Assembly (NCBI GenBank): GCA_951406725.2
Contig: OX597817.1
Location: 140,554,001 to 140,618,000, forward strand
Length of the DNA: 64,000 nt
From: Octopus vulgaris
Lineage: Eukaryota
Direction of reading: 5' to 3'
Shown in pieces: positions 12,371 to 25,057 of this stretch (position 1 is its first letter; every line of letters starts with the position of its first letter). Under the pieces are notes generated by a model. The model was not told where the DNA came from. It saw nothing but the letters and a program-made list of their open reading frames with translations, and made no database searches. The position numbers were made by a program, and so were the translations under genes.

Positions 12371-13959
12371 TATATATATATATAACTTTGAGTTCTTTAG
12401 TTTATTTACAAAAATATTACCAAAAATGTTTCTTTAATATATTGGCTGAAAATATTGGAAGCATTGTAGTTATTTTGGTTCAATGTCTCACCAAAAGATA
12501 TTGACATTTTTAATTCCTTGTTGTTCCACATTCATGTGTTGCTTAAAGTATTATAACATTTGTCTTTTCTTTGTTACTGAAAGATGAACTGTAGTTATAG
12601 TAGCGGCTTTTAAAATTTCTCTCACTCATCCTTATGTAGTGTTTTGTATTAATCTCTTTAATAATAATTGGATGAATAGGTGACTGAGGTTTGTGGAAGT
12701 TGTATTTAATATAGCATGAATGGTTGTTCTTTCATGTGCATTGATTGTGCATCTGTTATTTCCTTTGGTGTTATACCTAATGAATAATTTCCATTATTTC
12801 TTGATTAGGAACTGACTATTAAAGTACTCTGAAACTTTTTCCATATTTGATTTGATATTTTGAGGAAGTAGTGGATCATGTAATTTTGCAGCTTTTTTTT
12901 TTCTTTCTTTAATTTCAATTTGCTTTTCGAAGCTGCAATTAAAGTGAATCTTATCGAATCTACTATTCTTTAAAACATTATTTTAATGGTTGGCTTTTGC
13001 TGAAGATTTCCTTATTTGACGATTGTGCACAGAATTTTAATTTTTTTTTTTTTGTTGCTTATGTAATTAACAAAGTCTTTTAAAAACAGTATTTAAGTGA
13101 TTGAGATTATCATTTCGTTTACCACATAGTTGTATCTATTCGTCTATAAATTTCATGATATATCTATTTTAAAAAGTGTACTAAAAATATACAGATTTCT
13201 CGATATTGTGATTCCAATCCCGAAGCTACTGAAGAAGTGATTAAATTTATTCTGAATTTGTTTAAATTTCTGCTATTAAAGAAGTGTGAGAGAACTATTC
13301 CATCGTTCTGTATAACCTACATAAGCGATTTGAACATATTTGCTCTGTTCAAGATATATAACCCTGATATTTCACATTTCTCCATCCTATCAAACTCTGC
13401 CATTCCGGCAAGTACACGCATGCGTGTGATTCCTCACTATGCTCCTCAGGTGACACTTCATCATCCCCATGTCACCGGATACTGACAACACTATGTCATA
13501 GATAAACAGCACTAAAATAAGACAGCCATTTGACAGAAAATCTTCACTTAAATACAATCCATCTAATAAATACTCAAACACATGACTTAACACTAAGGGA
13601 AGTTATATTTGTCTGATGGATGTATGTATGTATGGATGGATGGATGGTTGGTTGGTCGGTCGGTTATGTATATGCATTTGTATATAACACAAATTATATA
13701 CACAGCCATAGTAAGTGAGAAAGAGGAAGCAGATTAGTCTTTGACTAATCACCTCTTCTTATTGGTGCCACCGACCAACGAAGAGAGAGGCAGTGTTTCT
13801 AAGTTCAGTCCTATATTTTTTCGGTTATCCATACTTTGGTAAACGTTTTGGCATAAGGATTTTCTTCAAAGCTTTCTAGATTTGCGATGACACCAATTAA
13901 GATGTATTTGCCAGAAGAGTTAAATGTTTTCTTTCCACCAGACCAGGCACAATTACTGT

Positions 13960-14206
13960 ACAAGGTTGTTTATGGAAGACCAGCAGTCGCCCATGCATAC
14001 CGGCCTCCCCCTCTCCACGCCACCAGTGTTATCCAAGGGAAAGGCATCCGTGATGTCGCAACACATTTCTACAGCTGAGTGAACTGGAGCAACGTGAAAT
14101 AAAGTGTCTTGCTCAAGAACACAACACGCAGCCCGGTCCGGGATTCGAGCTCACAACCTCACGATCGTAAGCTCGACGCTCTAACCACTGAGCCATGCTC
14201 CTTCAC
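13960..14206 (-). mobile_element. tRNA-derived SINE with CORE-like segment
   Basis: Minus head gtgaaggagcatggctcagtggttagagc...ctcgaatcccgg, then gttcttgagcaagacacttt; tail shared with 39045-39230. Confidence 0.8.
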
Positions 14207-14229
14207 TATACATGTGTGTGTGTGTGTGC

Positions 14230-14270
<41 letters not shown>

Positions 14271-14299
14271 TGTGTGTGTGTGCGAGCATGTGTGTGAAC

Positions 14300-14343
<44 letters not shown>

Positions 14344-14418
14344 TAGAGATAGTAGTCCCATTCATCATACCATATAAAAGAATTTTAATTTTAATTTAAT
14401 TCTTACAACTCATTTCTC

Positions 14419-14512
14419 AGCTACATGTCTTTCTTGAGGTTCTTTTACGGTTCCTTAAGTACACAGTGTTTTACAGGAACCTTTCTTAAAATGCAACCCC
14501 AATCATCAGGCC
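14419..14512 (-). ncRNA. Hammerhead motif with extended stem II (left-arm copy, stem III mutated)
   Basis: Minus: GGC CTGATGA TTGGGGTT ... AACCTCAA GAAA GACATG T A GCT. Confidence 0.6.
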
Positions 14513-15144
14513 TCTAAATAACTTTATCATAGTTCCATACCAAATACTATATTTTAATTTTAACAGATAAGTATGTGTAGGCGTAAATAGGTTCACTCAC
14601 ACCGCACTACTATCCCTCCCCACATCGATGTTAAGCCGAAATTAATACGTAGGAGGACAATGGTAGTCAACGGTAGTTTGTACATAGTTTTTACGACTTT
14701 TCTTACACTTTACCCTTAAGTTATTTTTACTTTGTAAATTTTTAATTCTTATCATTCGTATCATTTGTAAATTTTTTTTTTTTTTTTGCATTTTGTCATT
14801 CGTACTATGGTTTTTATTCGAATATATTTATTTGCCATTCATTTCATTTTTGTTCGAATATATTTGTCATAGCTTTCATTATTATATCATCACAAGTATA
14901 TATTTCATTTTTATCCCTATATATTATTAATTTTATATGAATGTTTACAGACATAGATTACGTGAGAATTTAGTTTTTGTAAATTTGTACTTTTTATTTT
15001 TTATGTTTTATTTTTATTAATTTTGTTTGAATTAAATTATGGCTTTCACAGTAAGGTCGGGCGTATCTATTTACACATACGCATATTTATCTTTTAAAAT
15101 TAGAATATAGTGTTTGGTATCGAACTATGATAAAGTTATTAAGA

Positions 15145-15238
15145 GACCTGATGATTGGGGTTACATTTTAAGAAAGGTTCCAGTAAAACACTGCATGCTT
15201 AAGGAACCGTAAAAGAACCTCAAGAAACGCGTGTAGCT
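15145..15238 (+). ncRNA. Hammerhead motif with extended stem II (right-arm copy)
   Basis: GAC CTGATGA TTGGGGTT...GGTTCC...GGAACC...AACCTCAA GAAA CGCGTG T A GCT; 8-bp stem II base and GUA triplet. Confidence 0.7.
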
Positions 15239-15492
15239 GAGAAATGAGTAGTAAGTATTAAATTAAATTAAAATTATTTTATATGGTGGGATGAAGGGGA
15301 CTACTATCTCTACATAACATATATATTTCCTCATTGAGAATAATTTGAACCCCTGTGATGCCGGAATTTTTATTCCCTAATAAATAAAATAATATATATA
15401 TGTGTGGGTGCGTGTGTATGTGGGTGTGCGAGCATGTGTGTGAACGTGTACGTACAAAATTTATATATACAGAGAGAGATGTGTATATATAC

Positions 15493-15574
<82 letters not shown>

Positions 15575-15623
15575 AAAAAAGTCAAGATAGAAAATGCTAA
15601 AATAATTTTATAAAAAAAAATTT

Positions 15624-15659
15624 CAGTACGGGTTTCAGTCATTGAGACTTTTTCAACTG
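15624..15659 (-). ncRNA. Minimal hammerhead motif with U3-A8 core variant in the PLE 3' pLTR
   Basis: Minus: CAG TTGAAAA AGTC TCAAT GACT GAAA CCCG T A CTG. Confidence 0.7.
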
Positions 15660-16351
15660 TAACAATTAAACAATTAAATTTGGAAAAATTAAAAGAAAAG
15701 TTTTTTAAAAAAGAATATTTGTATAGTGTTCAAATACAAGTGGTATTTTCTTTGTTTCTGCCTGTCTCTGTCTCTCTTGTTTACTCTTGTGGGTTCGAGG
15801 TGTTGTGAATTCTTGGTAGGGTGAAGAAGAATGTGGGAGTGCCATGACAGTAGTATGTTGAATGGTCAGCTGTGCTGCTTCCCTGAAAATGACCCCCAGT
15901 TGATGGTAGCAGTTGCTGTTCAATTCATGAAAATATTTCTTTTGAATGTTTTGTTTATGAAATTTGTGAGGGTGTTATTCTAAACAGCATTAGTGATAAG
16001 AAGGAGAAGAAGAAGGGAGAAAGAGAAGGAGGAATAGGAAGGAATGTAGGTAGTGTGAAAGTAGTAAGGTTTAAATGACTTAAAATTGGCACGTTATGGG
16101 TTATAGCAGTGATTGGGACTGTTTTTTAATGAATTCTTGGGAATCTCTTGATTGTATCATTTTTAATATTTTCGTGTGTATTTGTGTTATTCCAAGGTCG
16201 AGGTGGATATGTCGTAGACGCGTTCAGAAGGATCCTGCATTTTGTAATAAAGAGAGTCTCTTTACTAATTCGTTGGCTCCAGGTTGTATCGTCCCTGAAT
16301 TGGTAGAGGGGAAAATTCTAAAGCTTGAATATTTGTTATTGGCGCAAATGT

Positions 16352-17545
16352 CTATGTGAATGCTATTTTTCTGTTTTGGGGAATTTTTATCTGGGATATG
16401 TGCAGGGCCATTCTTTTACGTAGACTATTTTTTGTTTGGCCTATGTATTGCTCTTGAAACCCAGAGCAGGTTAGTGTGTGTATCAGGTTCTCCGAAGCAC
16501 ATGTGAAGTTGATTTTCACTGTGAAACGTTGTCCCTGTTTGAAGGAGAACTCTGATCCCTCAATTAGATAATCGCATATTCTACAATTGGATCTTCCACA
16601 TTTTTTTACTGACGGCTTCTGTGTTGTTGAGCTTATTCGGGCTTGTGTTAGGAGACTTTTCATAGATTTGGGCTGTCTCTTGCTTTTTATGATGGTGTGT
16701 GTCTGGAGGATTAAGTTCATTCTGTGGTCTTTTTTTAGCAGGTGTATGTTTTGGAGGATGGTGTCGAAGGCTTCATTGTTGAGAGGGTTGTGTATGGAGA
16801 TGTATGGTAGGGCTTTTGGTTGCAAATTTTTCTTTAATTTGGGATGTCTTAGTTCCTGGATGTTCAGTTGAAGGGCACGTTCAAAGCATATGTCAATTAA
16901 TGAAGGTGGGTAGTTCCTGGTGATGAGTGTATCTTTTAGTTCATGTAGTCGTGTGTCTCTGGTATTTGCATTAGAAACTATAGTACATATCCTTTTTGCT
17001 AGGTTGAAGGGGATATTCATTCTGGTGTGTCTGGGGTGGCATGAATTGAATGGTAGATATTGCTTGGAATCCGTAGGCTTATAGTATATATCTGTTTCTA
17101 TTACGTTGTTAGATTTCTTAATGAAGATGTCGAGGAAGGGGAGTTGTTGCTGGCTATATTCCATCGTGAATTGAATGTTTACGTCAAGTCCATTTAAAAG
17201 TGTTTGGAATTCTTTAAGTTTATCTATATTTTCATGCCAAAGAATGAAACATTCATCTAGGTATCTCTTCTAATTACTTTCTATGTAGAGGGAGAAAGGG
17301 CTGCGATATCTTTCTAGAACCTTACGATAAAGACTAATTTCTAGATATTCCATGACTAGGTTAGTAAAGGAGGGGGCCATTCGCGTACCCATCGTCGCAG
17401 TCCCCGATTTTTGTCGGTAGAAGTTGTCTTTGAAAGCGAAGTAGTTATTTTCCAGGTGGAATTTTAGCCCTTCTATCACGAATTCTTTTTTGATGCGATG
17501 TGGGAGTTCGTTGGAGTAATTCACTAGCCAGAATTGAATTGCCAT
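16352..17545 (-). pseudogene. PLE RT/GIY-YIG reading frame with premature stop
   Basis: ORFs 17270-17545 and 16352-17164 are in the same frame, separated by TAG at 17270-17272; the catalytic motif reads YLDE. Confidence 0.85.
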
Positions 17546-17689
17546 TTGTGTTTTTATTTGTGCATATGTTGATATGGGTAATTCGAGATGTGTTCACAGA
17601 AGTGATCAAGTGTTTTGTTCTTACCTTTTGAGGGGGTGTAGTTACTCCTATTTCGAACCATAGTGATCTCATATGGTGATCTCGCGAAA

Positions 17690-18000
17690 TGGTGATCTCA
17701 TATCAAGATAAATAGCGCATGACCTTAGAATTTTCTTCTAGTCAAGTAGCCCATCCCGCTCAATAAGGATGTTTCTAAAGGTGAATTATCCAAACCTCCA
17801 AGAATGCACATATCGTCAGCCACTAAGGAACATAGCCAACTGGTTAAAGTCAAACAACTGACAAGCAAATCTGTGGTATTGAGCAGAATATTTGCTGTAG
17901 CCCATCTTTTATACCAAGACAAAACAATGTACATGATAACACTTCCAATCAGTTAAGATCAGAAGCCATGAGAGCCACTGTCTGGTACTACATCAGGGCA
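17690..18000. mobile_element. Unclassified interspersed repeat
   Basis: ccaatcagttaagatcagaag...gagagccactg recurs in reverse complement at 8980-9040. Confidence 0.6.
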
Positions 18001-18084
18001 TAATATTATTATTATTATCATCATCATCATCATCATCATCATCGTCATTGTTGTTGTTGTTGTTGTTGTTGATGATGGCTCAGG

Positions 18085-18390
18085 TTCAGTTTTTCATTAA
18101 AGGTAGTAATTATTTGGATCTCGTATTACTACCTGTGACCTTAGGTATCTACAATTTTTCAGCAGCCCTTAAATTGCTTAGAAACCTCGTCATAATCCTT
18201 GCTGCCCCTAAAAAACAAACTTTCTGTAGGAGCTCTTCTGGGAATTCTATTCCAATCTCCTTTAGCCACTTCTCTATATCTTGGCTTATTGTTCCCAACG
18301 CCCCACGTATTATAGTCACGACTTTTACTGTTCACATGCTCCAAATTCTTCCTATTTCAAATTTTAATGGATTATATTTTTTCCTCCTCT
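18085..18390 (-). mobile_element. R4/Dong-type LINE 3' fragment
   Basis: Minus frame reads approximately ALGTISQDIEKWLKEIG...LLQKVCFLGAARIM, the typical ORF end. Confidence 0.7.
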
Positions 18391-18520
18391 GACTTTACAT
18401 TCCTGGAATCAGACAGGCCTGAGGGGTCGATAAGTAAGCAACTTCACTTCACCTAATCTATAATCGTCATGTCTGGTTTAATATTTTCTATTTTTTTGTC
18501 TGTTTGAATAGGAGAGTCCA

Positions 18521-18609
<89 letters not shown>

Positions 18610-19045
18610 CATTATTATATGTTTGACTTTTGATTCGTATTTGTACAAGTTGGCTCCATGTCTCACCCAGAGACCTCAAGAGACAACAAGTTAGAAGTTC
18701 AAGTTGGCGTTATACCTAGCGTATCATATATTTGGTTTTGCACATAGTATTGTTCTAGAGAATGTTTAAGAAAACAAGAAAATTATGATTTTGTTTTGAA
18801 ATTTGAGATTACATAGAAAGTATTTTACGTAGGATATGGGCAGTTCCCATGAGAGCTATCTTTTGAATGTCTGCCATTTTGGGGTTTCCTGGTATCTGAG
18901 CCAGGTAACAATCAGCTCCTTTTGCTATCATTCCTAGAGCATCTATGGCAACAGGTATTGTTTTAGTCTTCAGATTCCACATTATGCCAATTTCTATTTC
19001 AAGATTTTTATACTTGCTCAATTTTTGGTAGGTTTTGACATACAT
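18521..19045 (-). mobile_element. R4/Dong-type LINE 3' end with UTR and (TAA)n tail
   Basis: KLSKYKNLEIEIGIMWNLKTKTIPVAIDALG...ALMGTAHILRKILSM, followed by a UTR and a TAA tract. Confidence 0.88.
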
Positions 19046-19092
19046 TTATGTCGATTTGGATTTATATTAATGAGGTGGCCTATTTGCATCTA

Positions 19093-19171
<79 letters not shown>

Positions 19172-19259
19172 GTTGTTGTTATTATCGTTATTATTATCAT
19201 CATCATCATTATTATTATTATTATTATTATTGCTATTTTCATATGCGCTCAACAGATTA

Positions 19260-19495
19260 GACTGTTGGAAAAGAAAAAAAAATTAACATCTATTACTCTG
19301 TCAGTCTGAACGTTAAAGTCTCACAACAGCATGTATTTCTTACTTTCTAGTACTTTACTAGGTTCATGTTCATACCGTTTATTAGTATGTTCAAATCCTA
19401 GCTTAATACATATATCCCAGTGGATTATTCTCCCTAGATTGTCATATCTTTTCTTGTATTCTTTCTGTGCCAGCATGTTACATTCACTTACTGAG
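19260..19495 (-). mobile_element. R4/Dong-type LINE internal fragment
   Basis: Minus frame ECNMLAQKEYKKRYDNLGRIIHWDIC...YEHEPSKVLE. Confidence 0.75.
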
Positions 19496-19565
19496 GAGCT
19501 TTTCTCCTCCTTGAGTTCCCGTCACTGTTTTCCAACACGTTCACCTATGCTACGTGCTGTAAAGG

Positions 19566-19623
<58 letters not shown>

Positions 19624-19843
19624 CCACGCCTTTAATCTTCATTCCTATTCACCTATCGCACTATATTTCTCTACTTTTAGTTTTCTGCTAATTTTTTCTT
19701 CCTCCTTCTCTTTCTATAAATTGCCTTTGACATTATATCTATTAAGGGTTTTTTTTTAAGAAACATACCAGTGTTCCTTTCATCATATATGCAGTAATCA
19801 CATTCGGTTAAAATATCTTCTTGATGCGTTTTATTTTTATTTT

Positions 19844-19928
19844 TTCCCTGATGAGAAGTTTGCACTGTTTTGCATCATTTTATTCCTTCTGGAATAATAC
19901 CAGTGTTTCACCAAAACATATGTCGGAA
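19844..19928 (+). ncRNA. Degenerate hammerhead motif (G12 to A), extended stem II
   Basis: TTCC CTGATGA ...GCACTG...CAGTGT... AAAA CATATG T C GGAA; perfect 4-bp stem I and palindromic ACATATGT. Confidence 0.6.
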
Positions 19929-19999
19929 GTATAAAGATATTGCCTTCATAACAAAGTATTTAAAAGACATTTTATCTTTCATGGAGGGAAAAGTGTTCA

Positions 20000-20040
20000 T
20001 TCTGACTAGTTTTTGATCTTCTTTGATCTTCATCAGAGAA
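20000..20040 (-). ncRNA. Degenerate minimal hammerhead motif
   Basis: Minus: TTCT CTGATGA A GATC AAAGAA GATC AAAAA CTAG T C AGAA; GAAA box altered, palindromic ACTAGT. Confidence 0.6.
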
Positions 20041-20571
20041 AGTTTATCTATTCTTTCACTCTGAGACTAAATTGCATATTCACTTAAAAGCTATTTTTTA
20101 TATTTCAAAATGTGTGAGTGAGTGTGATGTGTGTGATGATGTAGGTGTGTAGGGTGTATAGGGTCATATGTTCGAGTGGGTGAGTAGGTGGAAATGGTTG
20201 TGTATGTATTTTATGCATGTGTATATGTGTAACAGCATAAATGCGAATATTTTGTTTTGGTTCCACCCCCAAAATATAGTGAACATCCATTCATATTCAT
20301 TATATGAATTGATTAAACTCCTTTTATATTGTTATTATTTTTATGTTACAAATATATGATATTTCCCAGTTCAGAATTGGCTGACAAGTAGGCTGGCTGG
20401 TTGGTTGGTTGGTGGGAGGGAGCGGCACAAAATTGTTAAAGTGCCGGACAGAATGTTCTGTGGTATTCATATTAAGTCCTTATGTGTAACTTAAGTCAAC
20501 TGTAATGTTTACCCGAAGAATTTTGAGAGAATACGCTAGTAGCAGTAGCAGTATTAATATTATTATTATTA

Positions 20572-20679
<108 letters not shown>

Positions 20680-21202
20680 ACAGCAGCAGCGGCAAAGGCG
20701 ACAGCAGTTGTGTGATAACTTAGCATATATACGTATATCTACACAGATATATAACAAATGTACATACATACACAAACATACATACAGATATACATACATT
20801 ACATACATATACATTTACATACAATACATGCATGATTACATATACACATATACTTACACGCATGCATAAATACATACACTCATAGATGCATACATACATA
20901 ATATGCATGCCTACGTAAGCACACACACACATATACACACACACACGTAGCCACACATACATAGGCGCATGCACACCTCACATTATCTTTTTGAATGTCT
21001 GTAAATGCGCCAAGCAGACCAAGCGAATTAACTCTAACTGAAATATTCTTGTTTCACTAAAACAGAGCCAAACGTGATGCAAAGACACAAGACGGAATTA
21101 TTTACGCCAATAGCATATTATTTATTGTCTACAAAAACAACAAATTCTAATTTGTGTTGTTGCCTCAATCCTAGACGTTGTTGCAAAATTAATTTTATAA
21201 AA

Positions 21203-21340
<138 letters not shown>

Positions 21341-22750
21341 CCTCCTCGCGGAAATCTGTAGTAAAAGACAAAATATTTATCCGCTGGAGCTGAAGAGGAA
21401 ACAGAATATAGCTAATATGGTCGTTTCTTTGTGACTATTGGCTGTTTGTTAAACAACATGTTGATGTGTGAAGTATGGCGTCAATTTAATTTTGTCGTCA
21501 ATATAATTAAAGTAGTTTCCAAGTATCGTAATTACTAAATTATACTAAATAACTTTTTAACATATATTTTATTTCAAAACATGTGCTTAATTCAATATAA
21601 TTGCTCTTATATATTGATTCGATTTTTTTTTCTTTTTCTTTTTAAAATTTAAATCAATCTTGACGTTGTGACTCCTCTCGCCATTTAAGTTTGCTGACTT
21701 AGCTGACAATTTAACAGCAAAGCTTGTCTGATGATCGCTTTTTTCTGAAAGAAAAACAAATATTTAACTGGTCTTCATTTTTAAAACAGACATCCAGACT
21801 TGACAATGGGAGATGAAAAAAAAGTGCTATGTTTCTTAATTAACAATGAATGGGAACATTAATTTGTCTTCGCTGTAATTACAACATCAACACTTATATT
21901 ACCAGATTTGATTAAGAAGTAGAAAATATATATTTCACATATATTGTAGGCATTTTAATGAAATAATGTGTGAGGAAGTAAATTTAACAATTGTAATCTT
22001 TTGTAAACGAAGTGTGGTGTTGTGTGGAAATTTGTATTCTATATTGTAATGGAATGGAGGAATGCAAAACTTTTCTCCTTGGATAAGAATAACTATGAAA
22101 GAGATTGATAAGTATTAGTCTGGTTTGAGTCTATCGATTAGTCGTTAGAAGGAAGATAAGGGCAAAGACAGGACTTGAAAAACAATTCTATTGGTATTTC
22201 AACACAATTTTTTCTTTTTGTCTAAGATTCTTGTTTTTAGGTTTGTGCGTGGTCAGGTATTTAACATGTTGAGCTGACTATCACAAAACCGTGTGTCCAA
22301 TTGCTGGAACGAGTAGCGCATTGTGTCCTTAATCAAGGCACTCCATTTCATGTTGCTCCAGTCAGCTCATCTATAAATAAGTACCAGAATATTACTAGTG
22401 CAGCCCTCTCTCTGCCTCTATCTGTCCCATTCTCAATGTTCGACTGGATCAAGGATAGAAAGGCCGAGATGGTGCTTGCATCAGTTCGTTTCTCTAAAGA
22501 TGCCTAAAACAACTAAGGAGATTATCGTGCAAGCTCTCCATCAAAGCTTTATTGTTTTTCTCGGATGTTTCTATTCTGAATGCCTGGGTTCGTTTTCACT
22601 TCCGCAGCGCAATAACTTAAAACATCTCGTTAAAAACGCTAAAGTCATCGTAGATGTACCACAGATACACAAATGTGAATTGGAGGATTAAAACACTAAA
22701 GCCATCACAGATAAACAAAGATAAACCATTTCCAATTGTTTTATTTGTGA

Positions 22751-23129
22751 CTAGCACTATGACCCGGCAATGCCGGGTCATAGTGCTAGTGCATGCATAT
22801 ACAGCTGCGTGCGTGCGCACATACAGGCGAGTACTGTCCAAATCTCCGACCAATCACATACAGCTAGCTGGCATTCAATTGACGTATCGAGTTTCGGGCA
22901 TTTTGATTGAGTTTTGATTGGAAAATTCACAAAAAAGTCACTTCTATTGATTTTTAATGGCTTTGCGGGGTGAGTAGAGAAATGTAAAAATGTGCTCGAC
23001 CACCCTTGGACGGTTTTGAATGACCATAGAAAGTGCGAGTCCTCTTACGGAAAGATTGTGGATTTGTATAAAGGACATGCACACACGCACACACACAGAC
23101 ATTTTGCCGTTTATATATATATATATAGA
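22751..23129 (-). mobile_element. Non-autonomous Helitron
   Basis: Minus strand starts A|TCTATATATAT...AAACGGCAAAATGTCTGT and ends in a GC-rich hairpin (tgacccggca t tgccgggtca) followed by CTAG|T; a second 3' end lies at 57193-57291. Confidence 0.8.
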
Positions 23130-23181
23130 TAGATAGATAAATGAATGATATCTGATTTTACTTTTTTTATTTTTTTTGCAG

Positions 23182-23475
23182 CAAAGCTTGATGGTGTGAA
23201 GACTTATATGACGTTGCGAAGAGTTCCGCTTATTCTCCAAGATCGGGTCATTAAATGGTTTGATTATTTATGGATGTGTAATAAATCGACGGATGAAGAA
23301 AGAACGCTTAGTTTACTCCCAGACAAACTCAAAGCAGAAATAGCAATCCACGTGCACTTGGATACATTAAAACGGGTAGAAATATTCCAGAATACTGAAG
23401 CCGGTTTCTTATGTGAACTGGTCCTTCGGCTCCGTCCTGTCCTTTTCTCCCCTGGAGATTATATTTGCCGGAAAG
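23182..23475 (+). CDS. CNGA: Internal exon of a cyclic nucleotide-gated cation channel alpha subunit (C-linker and start of CNBD)
   Basis: Polypyrimidine tract and gcAG acceptor ending at 23181, G|GTAAG donor at 23476, 294 nt, phase 1-1. Peptide [10 protein letters not shown]...[10 protein letters not shown]...[54 protein letters not shown], most like the invertebrate CG42260-type subunits from memory. The symbol is family-level only. Confidence 0.95.
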
Positions 23476-23504
23476 GTAAGTGAACTTTTAATATCTGTAT
23501 TGCT

Positions 23505-23710
23505 GTCAGAGCTAGAAAAACCGTTAGTAAGCCGGATAAAATGCTTAGCAGCATTTCGTCCGTCTTTATCTTCTGACTTCAAATACCGCTGAGGTCGACT
23601 TTGCCTTTAAAGTTTTAAGAATTGATCAAATAAATCCCAGCTGAACACTGGGGATGGCGTAATCAAGTAACCCATCTCCCTAAAATTTCAGGCCTTGTGC
23701 CTAAAGAAAT
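23505..23710 (+). mobile_element. Diverged SINE family B copy just downstream of the exon donor
   Basis: aaatgcttagcagcatttcgtc...gaggtcgactttgccttt...tttcaggccttgtgc. Confidence 0.75.
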
Positions 23711-25007
23711 CGGAAAGCTAAATAATAAGGGTCGCTACAATATTTGATAATTACATCAAACCCAAAGAAAAATGCGTTTTACATTTATTTTGACGTATTC
23801 ACTGTATACAGGTATATGGATGCCAAACACAGTTACAAAATAATAGTATTTGTGTTAATGAATTCAATTAATATTTGTTTAAAACTTTTCCTGACTCTCA
23901 ACTTTACAGGTGGTGTAGATTTTTAAAATTATGTTACCTTCCTCTTGAAATTCTGTCTAAGAAATCAAAATAAACTTGTTCACTAATCACGATGCTATTT
24001 TCAAACACTGCTAATCAAAAACAAAACAAAAAAAACTTCATGCCGCACAGCTCCATAAGCGGCACTCAGTTACAAATCTCGGCACCCCACCAAATGGTAA
24101 GCCCCATTATCACTAAGGATGTTTCAGGACAAACAATCTTAATATAGTTAATACTCCTTCTCAAAAATTGTTATTCAGTCAGAAAATACTTCATCACCAA
24201 AACAAAATGCTAGTAATAATAACCAAATGTTCCTCACGCTGCAGTCTAATGTATTACATAAAGAAGGATAGATAAAACACTGTTGTTTTAGAAATATCTG
24301 AAATGACAGAATAGTCACTGTTGGAATGCCATTGATTACAGATTAGCTAGATTAAGGCGGATCTGTAATCTGTAGCTAAACACCACGTTTTGAAATCTCA
24401 TTGATGCCCGTATACCTGTGAGTTCGATTAGAATTCAATATGTTGTATTTTTTTTTCACTTAGTGACCTTGTGACCTTTTGCGTGGGAGCAAAAAGGAAT
24501 TTTTGTATTCAAGTGGTCAAAGATTTTAATTGGAAATCCAGGTGTTGATTTTGATTTCCTCCAGCAAGAATTAGAATTACATTTCGAGGTTTTGTCTTTT
24601 GTATTCATTAATGTTAAGGGGTAGAGAATTGTATGGATGTGGTCAATTCTTTTTTGTAAATTCCAGATGTTTTTGATTTAGCCGTGTATATGTTTTGAAA
24701 GAGTGATTTATAAGTAATTATAGTTATGATCTTAAATACAATCTGAAAAAGATGTTTAAGTGAAGAAAAGTCTTTCTCAGTTATAAATATGATCTGAATT
24801 TCTTTAAAAAAATCATAAATATGATCTGAGTCGAAAAAACAGAGGAGGGGGAAAATCTAAATGTCAATGAAAATATACCTTCTCCGCAGTTTCATACAGG
24901 TCATATTCGGGGGGGCGGAATAAAAATGTAAATAAAAATATAACCATCCAATATACAATATCTGGACATCACTTCAAAAGCTCTCTCTTTCTCTCTCTGT
25001 CTCTCTA

Positions 25008-25054
<47 letters not shown>

Positions 25055-25057
<3 letters not shown>

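Larger units (their letters stand above)
14345..15312. mobile_element. Non-coding element with about 250-bp inverted arms (PLE-derived), each arm carrying a hammerhead motif
   Basis: 14345-14590 is the diverged reverse complement of 15066-15312. Confidence 0.8.
15573..17560 (-). mobile_element. Penelope-like retroelement (RT plus GIY-YIG endonuclease), 5'-truncated
   Basis: FYRQKSGTATMGTRMAPSFTNL, then in frame *KRYLDECFILWH, LPFLDIFIKK...TDIYYKPTD...FNSCHP, and GIY-YIG NLIHTLTC...YIGQTKNSLRKRMALH; the 3' end abuts (TA)n. Confidence 0.93.

Noticed and set aside
12400-13400. Possible ancient L1/Tx1-like coding remnant on the minus strand
   Set aside because: Too degraded to support by eye.
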